Source: Plantibacter sp. VKM Ac-2880
GTDB lineage: Bacteria > Actinomycetota > Actinomycetes > Actinomycetales > Microbacteriaceae
DNA: 24,000 nt
NCBI RefSeq assembly: GCF_015351235.1
Contig: NZ_JADKSJ010000001.1
Location: 1,093,530 to 1,117,529, forward strand
Reading direction: 5' to 3'
Shown here: positions 1-8,254 of the stretch, piece after piece
How the letters are laid out: every line of letters begins with the position of its first letter
Numbering within the stretch: position 1 is the first letter of the stretch
The notes under the pieces: model-generated
What the model was told of the DNA's origin: nothing
The model's database searches: none
What the model saw: the letters and a program-made list of their open reading frames with translations, nothing else
Made by a program: the position numbers and the translations under genes

Positions 1-2
1 CG

Positions 3-50
3 TCGACGGTCGCCCTCGCGACCGTCGGGCTGTGGCTGGCGCAAGGCTGA
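3..50 (+). CDS. 3' end of an upstream gene (partial; hydrophobic C-terminus ...STVALATVGLWLAQG*)
   Basis: Frame 3 reads G/C-ending codons up to TGA at 48-50. Only 15 codons are visible, so there is no functional call. Confidence 0.25.
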   Translation, partial: STVALATVGLWLAQG

Positions 51-74
51 GCGAGCCGGGCCGAGGCCGGGTCC

Positions 75-449
75 TCAGTGCTCGTGGCGGGCGTCGGCGG
101 CGCGGCGGCGGGCCAGCAGCTCGGTGACGATCCGATCGATGAGCTCGAAGGGGATCGGCCGACTGAACGGGAACTGGAGCGTGTCCTTCGCCGCGCGGTA
201 GTCGGCGACGGCCGACTGGAGCGGTTCGTCGAACGGTGGGATCGAGTAGAGCGCGATGTGGTGCTTCCACGCGCCGAGGTAGAGCAGGTAGCGGTCGTCG
301 AGCATGAAGGTCGGCATGCCGTACCGGATGGCCTCGGTGATCTCCGGGACGATCCGGTGCACGCGGAGACGGATCTCCTCGATGGCGTCGGCGGGGTCGG
401 TCGGCAGCGCGGCCAGGTAGTCGTCGATGGTGCTCGGTGTACCAGGCAT
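75..449 (-). CDS. DUF1801 (YdhG-like) domain protein
   Basis: Sequence TIDDYLAALP...AIRYGMPTF...LYLGAWKHHIALY is typical of the DUF1801/YdhG family. The ATG at 449 is preceded by GGAGGA 6 nt upstream, which I prefer over the track's start at 503. Confidence 0.8.
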   Translation of the reverse strand: MPGTPSTIDDYLAALPTDPADAIEEIRLRVHRIVPEITEAIRYGMPTFMLDDRYLLYLGAWKHHIALYSIPPFDEPLQSAVADYRAAKDTLQFPFSRPIPFELIDRIVTELLARRRAADARHEH

Positions 450-539
450 GTGCGTCCTCCCCAGGCTTCGGACGGCACGGGACCACTCGTCCCGTGCCGT
501 CATCGTCCCATGTCCGTCGCCGGTGCGACAGTGGTGGTT

Positions 540-1526
540 CTACCGCTTCGCGAGGGCGCGGCGCACGTCGTCCTGCACGAGGTCGGCGTTCATGGCCGCT
601 CCCGCCATCGCTCCGGCGGCCGCCGCCTGCACGACCTGGGGACGCAGACTGGTGACGTCCCCGGCCGCCCACACGCCGGGGACCGCGGTGGCGCCCATCG
701 CGTCGACCCCGATCGCGTCGCCGTAGTGCGCTCCGGCCGGGTGCGGTTGCGTCTGCACGCCGAGCTCTGCGAAGGCGTCTGCGTGCACCCGGGCGACCGG
801 TGCCACCGCGAGCGCGTCGACCGGGATCGTCCGGCCGTCGGCGAGGCGGACGCCCACGAGCCGGTCGTCCTCGACCTCGAGCCGCTCCACGAGGCCGTCG
901 ATGACCTCGATGCCTCGTGCGGCGAATGCGGCCTCCTGCTCGGGGCTGAACGCCTCGGCGGTGTTGCGGAGGACGACGACCCGCTCGCTCAGCTGGCGGA
1001 ACAGCTGGGCCTGGTGCGCAGCCGCCTGGGCGTCCGTGCCGAGGATGCCGATCATCTGGTCCTGCACCTCCCAACCGTGGCAGTACGGGCAGTGGAGGGC
1101 GTCACGTCCGTAGCGCTCCCGGAGCCCCGGGATGGCCGGCAGTTCGTCGGCCGTGCCGGTGGCGATGAGGAGTCGTCGACCGCGGAGGGTCGCGCCGTCC
1201 GTCGTCGTCAGGACGAATCCGTCGGCGTCGCGGACGGCGGTGCGGACCTGGGCGTCGACGACCAGGACCCCGTAGGCGGTGACCTCCGCGCGCCCGAGGC
1301 GGACGAGTTCCCGAGGGGGGATGCCGTCGCGCGACAGGAAGCCGTGGACGCCGTCGGCCGGGGCGTTCCGCGGCCGGCCTCCGTCCACGACGATGACGGA
1401 GCGACGCGAGCGGCCCAGCATGAGGGCGGCGCTGAGTCCGGCCGCGCCGCCGCCGACGATGATCGCGTCGACGAGCTCGGTGGCGGCCGGTGCGGTGGCA
1501 GACGGGCGGGTGGCTGGGGTGGTCAT
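540..1526 (-). CDS. FAD-dependent pyridine nucleotide-disulfide oxidoreductase (thioredoxin-reductase-like)
   Basis: N-terminal dinucleotide fold VDAIIVGGGAAGLSAALMLGRS, redox-type HCPYCHGWE motif, and C-terminal GVWAAGDV FAD motif. I chose the ATG at 1526 (MTTPATR...) because the upstream extension is Arg/Pro-rich. Confidence 0.85.
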   Translation of the reverse strand: MTTPATRPSATAPAATELVDAIIVGGGAAGLSAALMLGRSRRSVIVVDGGRPRNAPADGVHGFLSRDGIPPRELVRLGRAEVTAYGVLVVDAQVRTAVRDADGFVLTTTDGATLRGRRLLIATGTADELPAIPGLRERYGRDALHCPYCHGWEVQDQMIGILGTDAQAAAHQAQLFRQLSERVVVLRNTAEAFSPEQEAAFAARGIEVIDGLVERLEVEDDRLVGVRLADGRTIPVDALAVAPVARVHADAFAELGVQTQPHPAGAHYGDAIGVDAMGATAVPGVWAAGDVTSLRPQVVQAAAAGAMAGAAMNADLVQDDVRRALAKR

Positions 1527-1587
1527 GATCGTTCCGTTCGGTCGAGGGTCGGTGCGGGGTCCAGCGTGCGTCGCGGTGTGCTGAACT

Positions 1588-1613
1588 GGCAAGAAACTTT
1601 GCCGGAACGGCAA
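1588..1613. promoter_or_regulatory. Candidate operator: GGCAAG half-site plus perfect palindrome TTGCCG-GAA-CGGCAA
   Basis: TTGCCGGAACGGCAA at 1599-1613 has perfect 6-bp inverted arms. A third half-site, GGCAAG, lies at 1588-1593. The site sits in the only AT-richer part of the divergent intergenic region, just upstream of the XRE gene's GGGAGA ribosome-binding site. Confidence 0.35.
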
Positions 1614-1633
1614 CGGCCCGGGAGAATCGACCC

Positions 1634-2242
1634 ATGGCGCATGGACACGAGGAGCAGCGATCGATCGACGGGGTGCTGGACGCGGTCGGGCCGCGCCTCC
1701 GCGCGATCCGGCAGCACCGGGGCACCACCCTCGCGGCGCTCTCCGCCGAGACGGGTATCTCGGTCTCCACCCTGTCCCGGCTCGAGTCCGGACAGCGCCG
1801 CCCCAACCTCGAACTGCTCCTGCCGCTCGCGAAGGCGCACCAGGTCCCGCTGGACGACCTCGTCGGCGCCCCGCAGACCGGTGACCCCCGCGTGCATCTG
1901 AAACCCGTCCAGCGCCACGGCCAGACGATCGTGCCGCTCACCCGCCGGCCGGGAGGCTTGCACGCGTTCAAGAGCATCATCCACGGCGGACCTGGGCCGC
2001 AGACCCCCGGAACGCAGCAGGTGCACGAGGGCTACGAGTGGCTCTACGTCTTGAACGGCCGGCTCCGCCTGTTGCTCGGCGATCAGGATCTCGTCCTCAC
2101 TGCGGGCGAGGTCGTCGAGTTCGACACTCGGGTGCCGCACTGGTTCGGGCGGGCTGAGGCCGGAGCGGTCGAGTTCCTCAGCCTGTTCGGCAAGCAGGGC
2201 GAACGCATGCACGTCCGGGCGAGGTCGACCGAGGCCCGCTGA
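1634..2242 (+). CDS. XRE-family HTH transcriptional regulator with C-terminal cupin domain
   Basis: HTH segment LRAIRQHRGTTLAALSAETGISVSTLSRLESGQRRP, followed by a cupin-like C-terminal half (EWLYVLNGRLRLLLGDQDLVLTAGEVVEFDTRVPHWF). It is divergent from the flavoprotein gene. Confidence 0.85.
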   Translation: MAHGHEEQRSIDGVLDAVGPRLRAIRQHRGTTLAALSAETGISVSTLSRLESGQRRPNLELLLPLAKAHQVPLDDLVGAPQTGDPRVHLKPVQRHGQTIVPLTRRPGGLHAFKSIIHGGPGPQTPGTQQVHEGYEWLYVLNGRLRLLLGDQDLVLTAGEVVEFDTRVPHWFGRAEAGAVEFLSLFGKQGERMHVRARSTEAR

Positions 2243-2333
2243 CGCGTCACGCCGTTCTCCGCCGCACGGATCCGTCCGGACATGGCAGGCTGAGGCCGAC
2301 GGTCCACGGGCCGCCCGACGAGCAGGAGAACCG

Positions 2334-2732
2334 ATGAGCGCATCCGACGACCGTCCGTTCGCCGAGCAGCTGCTCGAACGCCGAGGGTTCGCCGTCGCGA
2401 CCGCGCTCGTCGTCATGCTCGGCGGGCTCGTCGTCCCGTTCGTCGGCTGGGTGGCCGGCATGGTCATGCTCTGGCGGGCACGCGCCTGGACCACGCGCCA
2501 GAAGGTGTGGGCCACCGCCGGCCCGCTCCTCGCCACCGGGGTCGTCCTCATCGTGCTGGCCCTGCTGACGGCCAACTGGAGTACGACCGACGCCGGGCTC
2601 GGCGGCTCGCCCGTGATCCCGGTCGTCCTCGACCTCGGCGGGACGGCCGTGGTGCTCCTCCTGGTGTCATACGCCGTGGCGGGTGGGTGGCTGTTGTGGT
2701 CGGTGCTGCGCCGACCGGCACCGCAGACCTGA
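2334..2732 (+). CDS. Hypothetical integral membrane protein (3-4 predicted TM helices)
   Basis: Strong AGGAGA ribosome-binding site 6 nt upstream of the ATG, G/C-rich third codon positions, and long hydrophobic runs. I do not recognise a family. Confidence 0.65.
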   Translation: MSASDDRPFAEQLLERRGFAVATALVVMLGGLVVPFVGWVAGMVMLWRARAWTTRQKVWATAGPLLATGVVLIVLALLTANWSTTDAGLGGSPVIPVVLDLGGTAVVLLLVSYAVAGGWLLWSVLRRPAPQT

Positions 2733-2783
2733 GCGGCGTCCGATTCGCGGTCGGCGCTCAGGTGGACCGGGCAGAGTGGAACG

Positions 2784-3299
2784 ATGCCCGACTCCTCTCG
2801 CTCCCGCCGACCCGTCCCCGTCCAGCCCGGACCCGGTGAGGAGTCCGTCTGGGAGTACCCGCGCCCGCCCCGGGTCGAGCCACGCGACGAACGCGTCGTC
2901 ATCCGGTTCGGCGGAACCGTCATCGCGGAGTCGACGTCGGCGGTCCGCGTCCTCGAGACGAGTCACCCGCCCGTGTACTACGTGCCGGCAGCCGACTTCA
3001 CGCCGGGCGTCCTCGTGCCCATCGACGGCACGACCATGTGCGAGTTCAAGGGCGAGGCCCACTACCTCGACGTGCGGGTGGGCGACGAGGTCGCGCCCGC
3101 GGCCGCCTGGACCTACCCGGACCCGCGCTCGGGCTACGCGCCCCTGTTCGGCATGATCGCCGTCTACCCGGGGCGCATGGAGGCCTGCGAGGTCGACGGC
3201 GTCCGCGTGCACGCCCAGGAGGGCGACTTCTACGGCGGATGGATCACGCCGGGGATCATCGGACCGTTCAAGGGCGCCCCTGGCACCATGGGCTGGTAA
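2784..3299 (+). CDS. DUF427 domain protein
   Basis: The pattern WEYPRPPRVEP...VVIRFGG..IAES...VLETSHPPVYYVP..D....CEFKGEA.Y....AAWTYPDP is the characteristic DUF427 pattern. Confidence 0.85.
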   Translation: MPDSSRSRRPVPVQPGPGEESVWEYPRPPRVEPRDERVVIRFGGTVIAESTSAVRVLETSHPPVYYVPAADFTPGVLVPIDGTTMCEFKGEAHYLDVRVGDEVAPAAAWTYPDPRSGYAPLFGMIAVYPGRMEACEVDGVRVHAQEGDFYGGWITPGIIGPFKGAPGTMGW

Positions 3300-3423
3300 A
3301 ACGTCCTCCTCGGACTCCCGCCTCGCCTGCTCCTACACCCGTCCCACCCGCCGTGCAATGGCTGGGTGGAGGGCTGACCCCGTGCCACGCTGAGCGCCAG
3401 GACGCCTCGACGACGAGGCTCGG

Positions 3424-3921
3424 GTGCAGGAGGCGGTCGGAGCCATGGACGCATTCGGTGAAGCGGTCGATCCGGGGTGGTCCCTCCTGCGCGTCGTCCC
3501 ACTGTTCGGGCTCGCCGTGAGTGCCGGCGCGGTCGTCGGCGCGGTCCTCGCCGCCGGTGCGGAACTGTTCGAAGCGGTCGGGACCGTCTCCGCGCACCCG
3601 GCCGACCTCGGTGGGATCGCCGTGCTCGTCGGCGGGCTCGTCGGGGGGATGCTCGCCGCCGTCGGGGCGGTGGGGGCGCTGCTGGCGCTCGGCGTGCTGG
3701 ACCACTGGGGCGAACGCGGGCCGCTCCGTCGGGCCTGGATCGCCGGCGGTGGTGCTGCCGTGCTCGTCTCGGTCGTCGGCGGCCTCATCGCGGCGCCCAT
3801 CGGACTCGGCTCGACGATCGGGGTGGTCGTCTTCGCCGTCCTCGCCGCCGGTGGCGCGGCGGGCGGAGGGCTGTACGCCTTCGAGCGTGCCTTGGCTCGT
3901 CGAGGTGTCCGCGGCGGGTGA
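3424..3921 (+). CDS. Hypothetical Gly/Ala/Val-rich membrane protein
   Basis: G/C-rich third positions throughout and four hydrophobic segments. The start is ambiguous: GTG at 3424 with GAGG upstream, or ATG at 3445. Confidence 0.5.
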   Translation: MQEAVGAMDAFGEAVDPGWSLLRVVPLFGLAVSAGAVVGAVLAAGAELFEAVGTVSAHPADLGGIAVLVGGLVGGMLAAVGAVGALLALGVLDHWGERGPLRRAWIAGGGAAVLVSVVGGLIAAPIGLGSTIGVVVFAVLAAGGAAGGGLYAFERALARRGVRGG

Positions 3922-3930
3922 GGGTTGCCG

Positions 3931-4920
3931 TCAGTGGGCGAGCTGCAGGAGCCGTGCCCGATGCCAGTCGGTCTGTGTCAACGCGGACACCCGCAGGAGT
4001 CCCGTCAGCGCGTCCCATCCGGCGGACCAGCCGATGCGCGAGGCGATGGTCCAGACGTCCGCTTCCGGGTCGTCGGCCAGGACCGACCGCACCTCGTCCG
4101 CCCGGCGCAGGTGGTGCGCCGCCAACTCGTCGCACCGCTCGGCGAGGCCGGTGAAGCGGAAGCCGTGTCCCGGGATCACCTGGTCGCCGTCGTACTCACG
4201 GACGCGGTCGAGCGAGGACAGGTAGGCGGTCACCGGGTTCTCGGCCGTCCGCGCGCCGAGTCCGAGGCCAGAGAAGATCGTGGGGAGGACGTGGTCGCCG
4301 GTGAAGAGGTAGCCGCGGTCCTCATCGCGCAGGGTGAGGTGCCCGGTGGTGTGACCCGGCGTGTGGATGACACGGATCATGCGACCGGGGAGCGCCAGCA
4401 GCTCGCCGTCCTCGAGCGTCCGGTCGGCACGGGTGTCGCCGAGGTGGCCGGCCGGGGCGGCGGCGTCCTCGCTCCAGGGGCGCACGGTCGTGTCATCGGC
4501 CGGGACGCCCCAGGCGTCCAGTGCTGCAGCCAGCTCGGCCGGGCCGGGTGGCGTCGAACCGGCGGCCTCGTCCTCGAGCCGGTGCATGAGGACGGGCGCG
4601 GCCAGCTCTTCCCGCAGGACACCGGCCAGGCCGAGGTGGTCGGGGTGGAGATGGGTCACCACGATGCCGGTGAGGGTGGTGACGCCGACGTCGCGGAGCT
4701 CGCGCAGCAGGTGCTCCCGACCCTCAGGGGTGTCGGTTCCGGGGTCGACGACGATGGCGCGCCCGTCCGTGCCGAAGAGCACCGAGCAGAGGGTGAAGGG
4801 GTTGCCGGGATCGGTGGTCGGAACGGCGATGACGACCGTGTCGGCATCGAGCTGTTCCGTCGGCGGCGTCCGTCCTTCGCGGAAGGCGGCGGCCTGCGAT
4901 TCGCTCGACGAGGTGATCAT
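3931..4920 (-). CDS. MBL-fold metallo-hydrolase
   Basis: Metal-binding motif VVTHLHPDHLG, downstream HTPGHTTGH, and a later GDH. I chose the ATG at 4920 (MITSSSE...). Confidence 0.85.
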   Translation of the reverse strand: MITSSSESQAAAFREGRTPPTEQLDADTVVIAVPTTDPGNPFTLCSVLFGTDGRAIVVDPGTDTPEGREHLLRELRDVGVTTLTGIVVTHLHPDHLGLAGVLREELAAPVLMHRLEDEAAGSTPPGPAELAAALDAWGVPADDTTVRPWSEDAAAPAGHLGDTRADRTLEDGELLALPGRMIRVIHTPGHTTGHLTLRDEDRGYLFTGDHVLPTIFSGLGLGARTAENPVTAYLSSLDRVREYDGDQVIPGHGFRFTGLAERCDELAAHHLRRADEVRSVLADDPEADVWTIASRIGWSAGWDALTGLLRVSALTQTDWHRARLLQLAH

Positions 4921-4996
4921 GGGGGTGCTCCGGGTGCTGTTCGGGGGACGGACCAACCCTAGTCGTGGCTTCCGCGAGGTTCAGTACGATGGGTGC

Positions 4997-5107
4997 ATGA
5001 CCGTCAACGACATTCTCATCGGCGTGATCGCCCTCATCACCGTCCTCGGCGGCATCGGCATGGTCGGCGCGCTCGTCGCGATGGCCAAGTCGGGCTACCA
5101 CGGCTGA
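4997..5107 (+). CDS. Small single-TM protein (36 aa, MTVNDILIGVIALITVLGGIGMVGALVAMAKSGYHG)
   Basis: ATG start with almost exclusively G/C-ending codons and one clear TM helix. It is hidden in the track inside a longer artefactual ORF (4361..5107). The ribosome-binding site is weak. Confidence 0.4.
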   Translation: MTVNDILIGVIALITVLGGIGMVGALVAMAKSGYHG

Positions 5108-5124
5108 CCGCTCGCCTGCCGAGC

Positions 5125-6030
5125 TCAGCGCGCGACGGCCTCGTCCGTCGCCCGCTGGATGGCTGCGAGCGCCGCGGCGACAGCGGAACGCTGCAGTGAG
5201 CCCTTCCGCGCCGTCGCGATGATCTTCCGCTCGCTCATCCCGGAGATCGGCTTGCGGACGACGTCGGCACGCGACCCGATCGCGATGTCGGGGAGGACGG
5301 CGACGGACAGCCCGGCCGCTACGTGGTCGATGACGACCTCGTAGCTCGTGAAGCGTCCGACCACCCGGGGTTCGAAGCCCGAGCGTCGGCACAGCAGTGG
5401 GACGAGTTCGCCGAGGTAGGTGCCCGGGGCGTCGAGGGCCCACGATTCAGCCTGCAGTTCGGCGAACGACACCACCTCGCGTCCGGCGAGTGGGTGGTCG
5501 AGCGGTGCGATGAGCAGGAGCGGATCCGTGGTGAGCGGCACGCTGTGCACCGAGGGGTCGAGGAGGAAACCGTCCTCCTGATCGACCGTGATGACGACGT
5601 CGCAGGTGCCGCGTTGGACGGCCGTGGTGCTCTCGTGCGGTTCGACCTCGATGAGTTCGACCTCGAGTCGCGGGTACTGCTGGGCCAAAGCACGAGCGGC
5701 CGGGATGAGGACCGGGGCGATGACGCTCGCGAAGCCGGCGATGCGGAAGCGTCCGGAGGGCTCGGACTCGACCTCGGCCAGTTCCACCTCGATCGCGTCC
5801 ATCTGCGCGAGGAGCGCCCTGGCGCGTTCCACGAGCAGTGCTCCGGTCGGTGTCAGCGCGAGGGTCCGGCCTCGTCGTTCCAGTAGGGCGGCGCCGGTCT
5901 CCGATTCGAGGACGGAGAGCTGCTGGGAGACCGTCGAGGGGCTCAGGTCGAGCTCGCGGCCGACCGCACGGATCGTGCCGAGGCGGTCGAAGGCCTCGAG
6001 CAGTCGCAGTCGCACGGGGTTCAGGGCCAT
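5125..6030 (-). CDS. LysR-family transcriptional regulator
   Basis: N-terminal LysR HTH (LRLLEAFDRLGTIRAVGRELDLSPSTVSQQLSVLE) and a C-terminal substrate-binding fold. The ATG at 6030 has TACTGT 6 nt upstream and no Shine-Dalgarno sequence, so the mRNA may be leaderless. Confidence 0.9.
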   Translation of the reverse strand: MALNPVRLRLLEAFDRLGTIRAVGRELDLSPSTVSQQLSVLESETGAALLERRGRTLALTPTGALLVERARALLAQMDAIEVELAEVESEPSGRFRIAGFASVIAPVLIPAARALAQQYPRLEVELIEVEPHESTTAVQRGTCDVVITVDQEDGFLLDPSVHSVPLTTDPLLLIAPLDHPLAGREVVSFAELQAESWALDAPGTYLGELVPLLCRRSGFEPRVVGRFTSYEVVIDHVAAGLSVAVLPDIAIGSRADVVRKPISGMSERKIIATARKGSLQRSAVAAALAAIQRATDEAVAR

Positions 6031-6116
6031 GGTGCAACAGTATCGAGCGCGCTTGGGGGCGCTCCACACGCCCGCCAGTCCGATCGGGGGCCCGTGGCTC
6101 GTCCGAGGGCCCCGCG

Positions 6117-6866
6117 TCACTCCCAGACGAAGGTGTCGGGGAGTCGGCCCGGTTCGGTGAGCCTGGCGTTCCGCAGCACCGGTCCGTGCGGGCCGACCGA
6201 CAGGGCGGTGACGGAGAGCGATGCCAGTCGGAGGCCGTCATGGTCGTCGATCCGGACGACCGCTTCGTCGGCATCGGCAGGCACGCGTGTCGTCGATCGC
6301 AGCGTCTGCAACCAGGGTTCCCACGACGCGGCCGTGGCGCCGTCGAGTGGGCCGGTCGGCGCCGGGCTGTCGGCGAAGTCCGGCCGCCACCGGCGGACCC
6401 GGGGGACGTCGAGGTGGTCGGGGCCCTCATGGGTCACGACGTGCAAGCCGGGTGGCACCTCGACCGAGCGGAGCGACGTGCCGTCCCAGCTCGTCACCTC
6501 GACGCGGTCGGGTCGGAGCTCGACGAGGTTCCACGAGCGGGCGCTCCGGCCGTCGGAGCCGTCGACCCCGGTCGTCACCGCCTGCAGGGGGAGCACCCCG
6601 CGCGAGACCCAACCGCTCGCCGGCATGGGGAGGTCCTCGCGTCGGTTCAACACGACCGCCGCCCGCGGTCCGCCGTCGGCGTCGACGTTCGTCGCCAACC
6701 AGGCGCCACCCGCCTCCCGGTCGTGGATGCCGCGGACCCCGTCACCGAGCGCGGGCCACCAGGAGCCGGGCGGATCCCAGGCGCGTCCCGGCTGCTCGTC
6801 GCGGAGCCCGAGCACGGCGATCGGCCACGGGCGCCCCGGCTCGAAGTCGATGATGACGGTGCACAC
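6117..6866 (-). CDS. NRDE-family (TANGO2-like) protein
   Basis: The GTG at 6866 is preceded by GAGGAGG. The product then begins (M)CTVII.., the N-terminal Cys typical of NRDE proteins, and continues ..LGLRDE... The track's longer start (6968) overlaps coaBC. Confidence 0.75.
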   Translation of the reverse strand: MCTVIIDFEPGRPWPIAVLGLRDEQPGRAWDPPGSWWPALGDGVRGIHDREAGGAWLATNVDADGGPRAAVVLNRREDLPMPASGWVSRGVLPLQAVTTGVDGSDGRSARSWNLVELRPDRVEVTSWDGTSLRSVEVPPGLHVVTHEGPDHLDVPRVRRWRPDFADSPAPTGPLDGATAASWEPWLQTLRSTTRVPADADEAVVRIDDHDGLRLASLSVTALSVGPHGPVLRNARLTEPGRLPDTFVWE

Positions 6867-6946
6867 GCGCGTTCCTCCTCGGCCGGTCGGACTAGGACAG
6901 ACTAGACGAGGACCGCGCGCCGGAGCGCCGGTGGTGAGGAGACGAG

Positions 6947-8200
6947 ATGACCACGCAGGACGCATCACCCGGGGCGCACCGCCGTACCGTCGTCGTCGGC
7001 ATCACGGGCGGCATCGCGGCCTACAAGGCGGTCGGCGTGGTGCGCGGTTTCGTGCGTGCCGGGCACGACGTCCACGTGGTCCCGACCGAGAGCGCCCTGC
7101 GGTTCGTCGGGCTGCCGACCCTGGAGGCGATCAGCCGGAACCCGGTCACCACCTCGCTGTACGACGGCGTCGCCGAGGTCAGGCACGTCGCGCTCGGGCA
7201 GCGGGCCGACCTCATCGTGGTCGCTCCGACGACGGCCAACACGCTGGCGAAGCTCGCGGCGGGGTTGTCCGACGACCTCCTCGGCACCACCATCCTCGCC
7301 AGTCGGGCTCCCGTCCTGATCGCCCCGGCGATGCACACCGAGATGTGGCAGCACCCGGCCACGACGGCGAACGTCGCACTCCTGCGCTCGCGCGGGGTCG
7401 CCTGCATCGGACCGGAGACCGGTGCGCTCACCGGCGGCGACGAGGGACCGGGGCGGATGAGCGAGCCGGAGGACATCGTGGCGGCGGGCCTCGCACTCCT
7501 GCAAGGTCGGGATGGTGCCGGTGACCTCCGCGGCGACCGCGTCGTCGTCTCGGCGGGCGGCACGCGGGAACCGCTCGATCCGGTGCGATTCCTCGGCAAC
7601 CGGTCGAGCGGCCGGCAGGGGTTGGCCATCGCGCAGGCGGCGGTCGCCCGCGGCGCCGAGGTCGTGCTCGTCGCGGCGCACCTCGACACGGACGTCGCGG
7701 CCGAGGCGGCCGGCGTCGCGGGCCTCAGGGTCGTCCCCGTCGGGACCGCCGCGGAACTCGCCACCGCGATGGACGAAGCGGCGGAGCAGGCGAGCCTCGT
7801 GGTGATGGCGGCGGCCGTCGCCGACTACCGGGCAGCCGAGATCGCCGAGCGCAAGATCAAGAAGGACGACACCGGCGACGAACTGACCCTGCGACTGGTG
7901 CGCAACCCGGACGTCCTGGCGGGGCTCGCCGAGGCGGCCGTCCCGGGTCGCGTCATCGTCGGCTTCGCGGCCGAGACCGCATCCGACCGCGACGAGCTCC
8001 TCGCCCTCGGCCGGGCGAAGATCGCGCGGAAGGGAGCCGACCTCCTGGTCCTCAACCGCGTCGGTTGGACCGACGGCTTCGGCACACCCGACAACGAGGT
8101 CCTCGTGATCGATCGGGAGGGCGAGCTGGTCGGCGAGGCGTCCGGCTCGAAGCGCGCCGTCGCCGACCGCCTGCTCGACCTCGTCCTCGCCCGCCGCTGA
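6947..8200 (+). CDS. coaBC: Bifunctional phosphopantothenoylcysteine decarboxylase / phosphopantothenate-cysteine ligase
   Basis: Flavoprotein N-terminal domain (VVVGITGGIAAYKAVGVVR...APAMHTEMW) and a C-terminal DFP/CoaB domain (VSAGGTREPLDPVRFLGNRSSGRQG...AAAVADYR). The length and architecture are canonical. Confidence 0.95.
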   Translation: MTTQDASPGAHRRTVVVGITGGIAAYKAVGVVRGFVRAGHDVHVVPTESALRFVGLPTLEAISRNPVTTSLYDGVAEVRHVALGQRADLIVVAPTTANTLAKLAAGLSDDLLGTTILASRAPVLIAPAMHTEMWQHPATTANVALLRSRGVACIGPETGALTGGDEGPGRMSEPEDIVAAGLALLQGRDGAGDLRGDRVVVSAGGTREPLDPVRFLGNRSSGRQGLAIAQAAVARGAEVVLVAAHLDTDVAAEAAGVAGLRVVPVGTAAELATAMDEAAEQASLVVMAAAVADYRAAEIAERKIKKDDTGDELTLRLVRNPDVLAGLAEAAVPGRVIVGFAAETASDRDELLALGRAKIARKGADLLVLNRVGWTDGFGTPDNEVLVIDREGELVGEASGSKRAVADRLLDLVLARR

Positions 8201-8254
8201 ACCCGCCTACCTCCATGGGCGAGCCTCCCCCGAACGGGGCTCACCACTGGCACC

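Noticed and set aside
78-1901. 607-aa plus-strand ORF spanning the first 1.9 kb
   Set aside because: It lies antisense to two recognisable genes (the DUF1801 protein and the TrxB-like flavoprotein). It is Arg/Gly/Asp/Val-rich with no motif. This is a typical stop-poor alternative frame in high-GC DNA.
1523-2923. 466-aa minus-strand ORF
   Set aside because: It overlaps the XRE-cupin, membrane-protein and DUF427 genes in antisense. Its composition is Arg/Pro/Ser-rich and it has no recognisable domain.
5447-7524. Several long ORFs (5447..6430 minus, 5838..6905 plus, 6094..7524 plus, 6221..6853 plus)
   Set aside because: All overlap the clearly recognisable LysR, NRDE and coaBC genes. All have extreme Arg/Pro/Gly content characteristic of off-frame translation.
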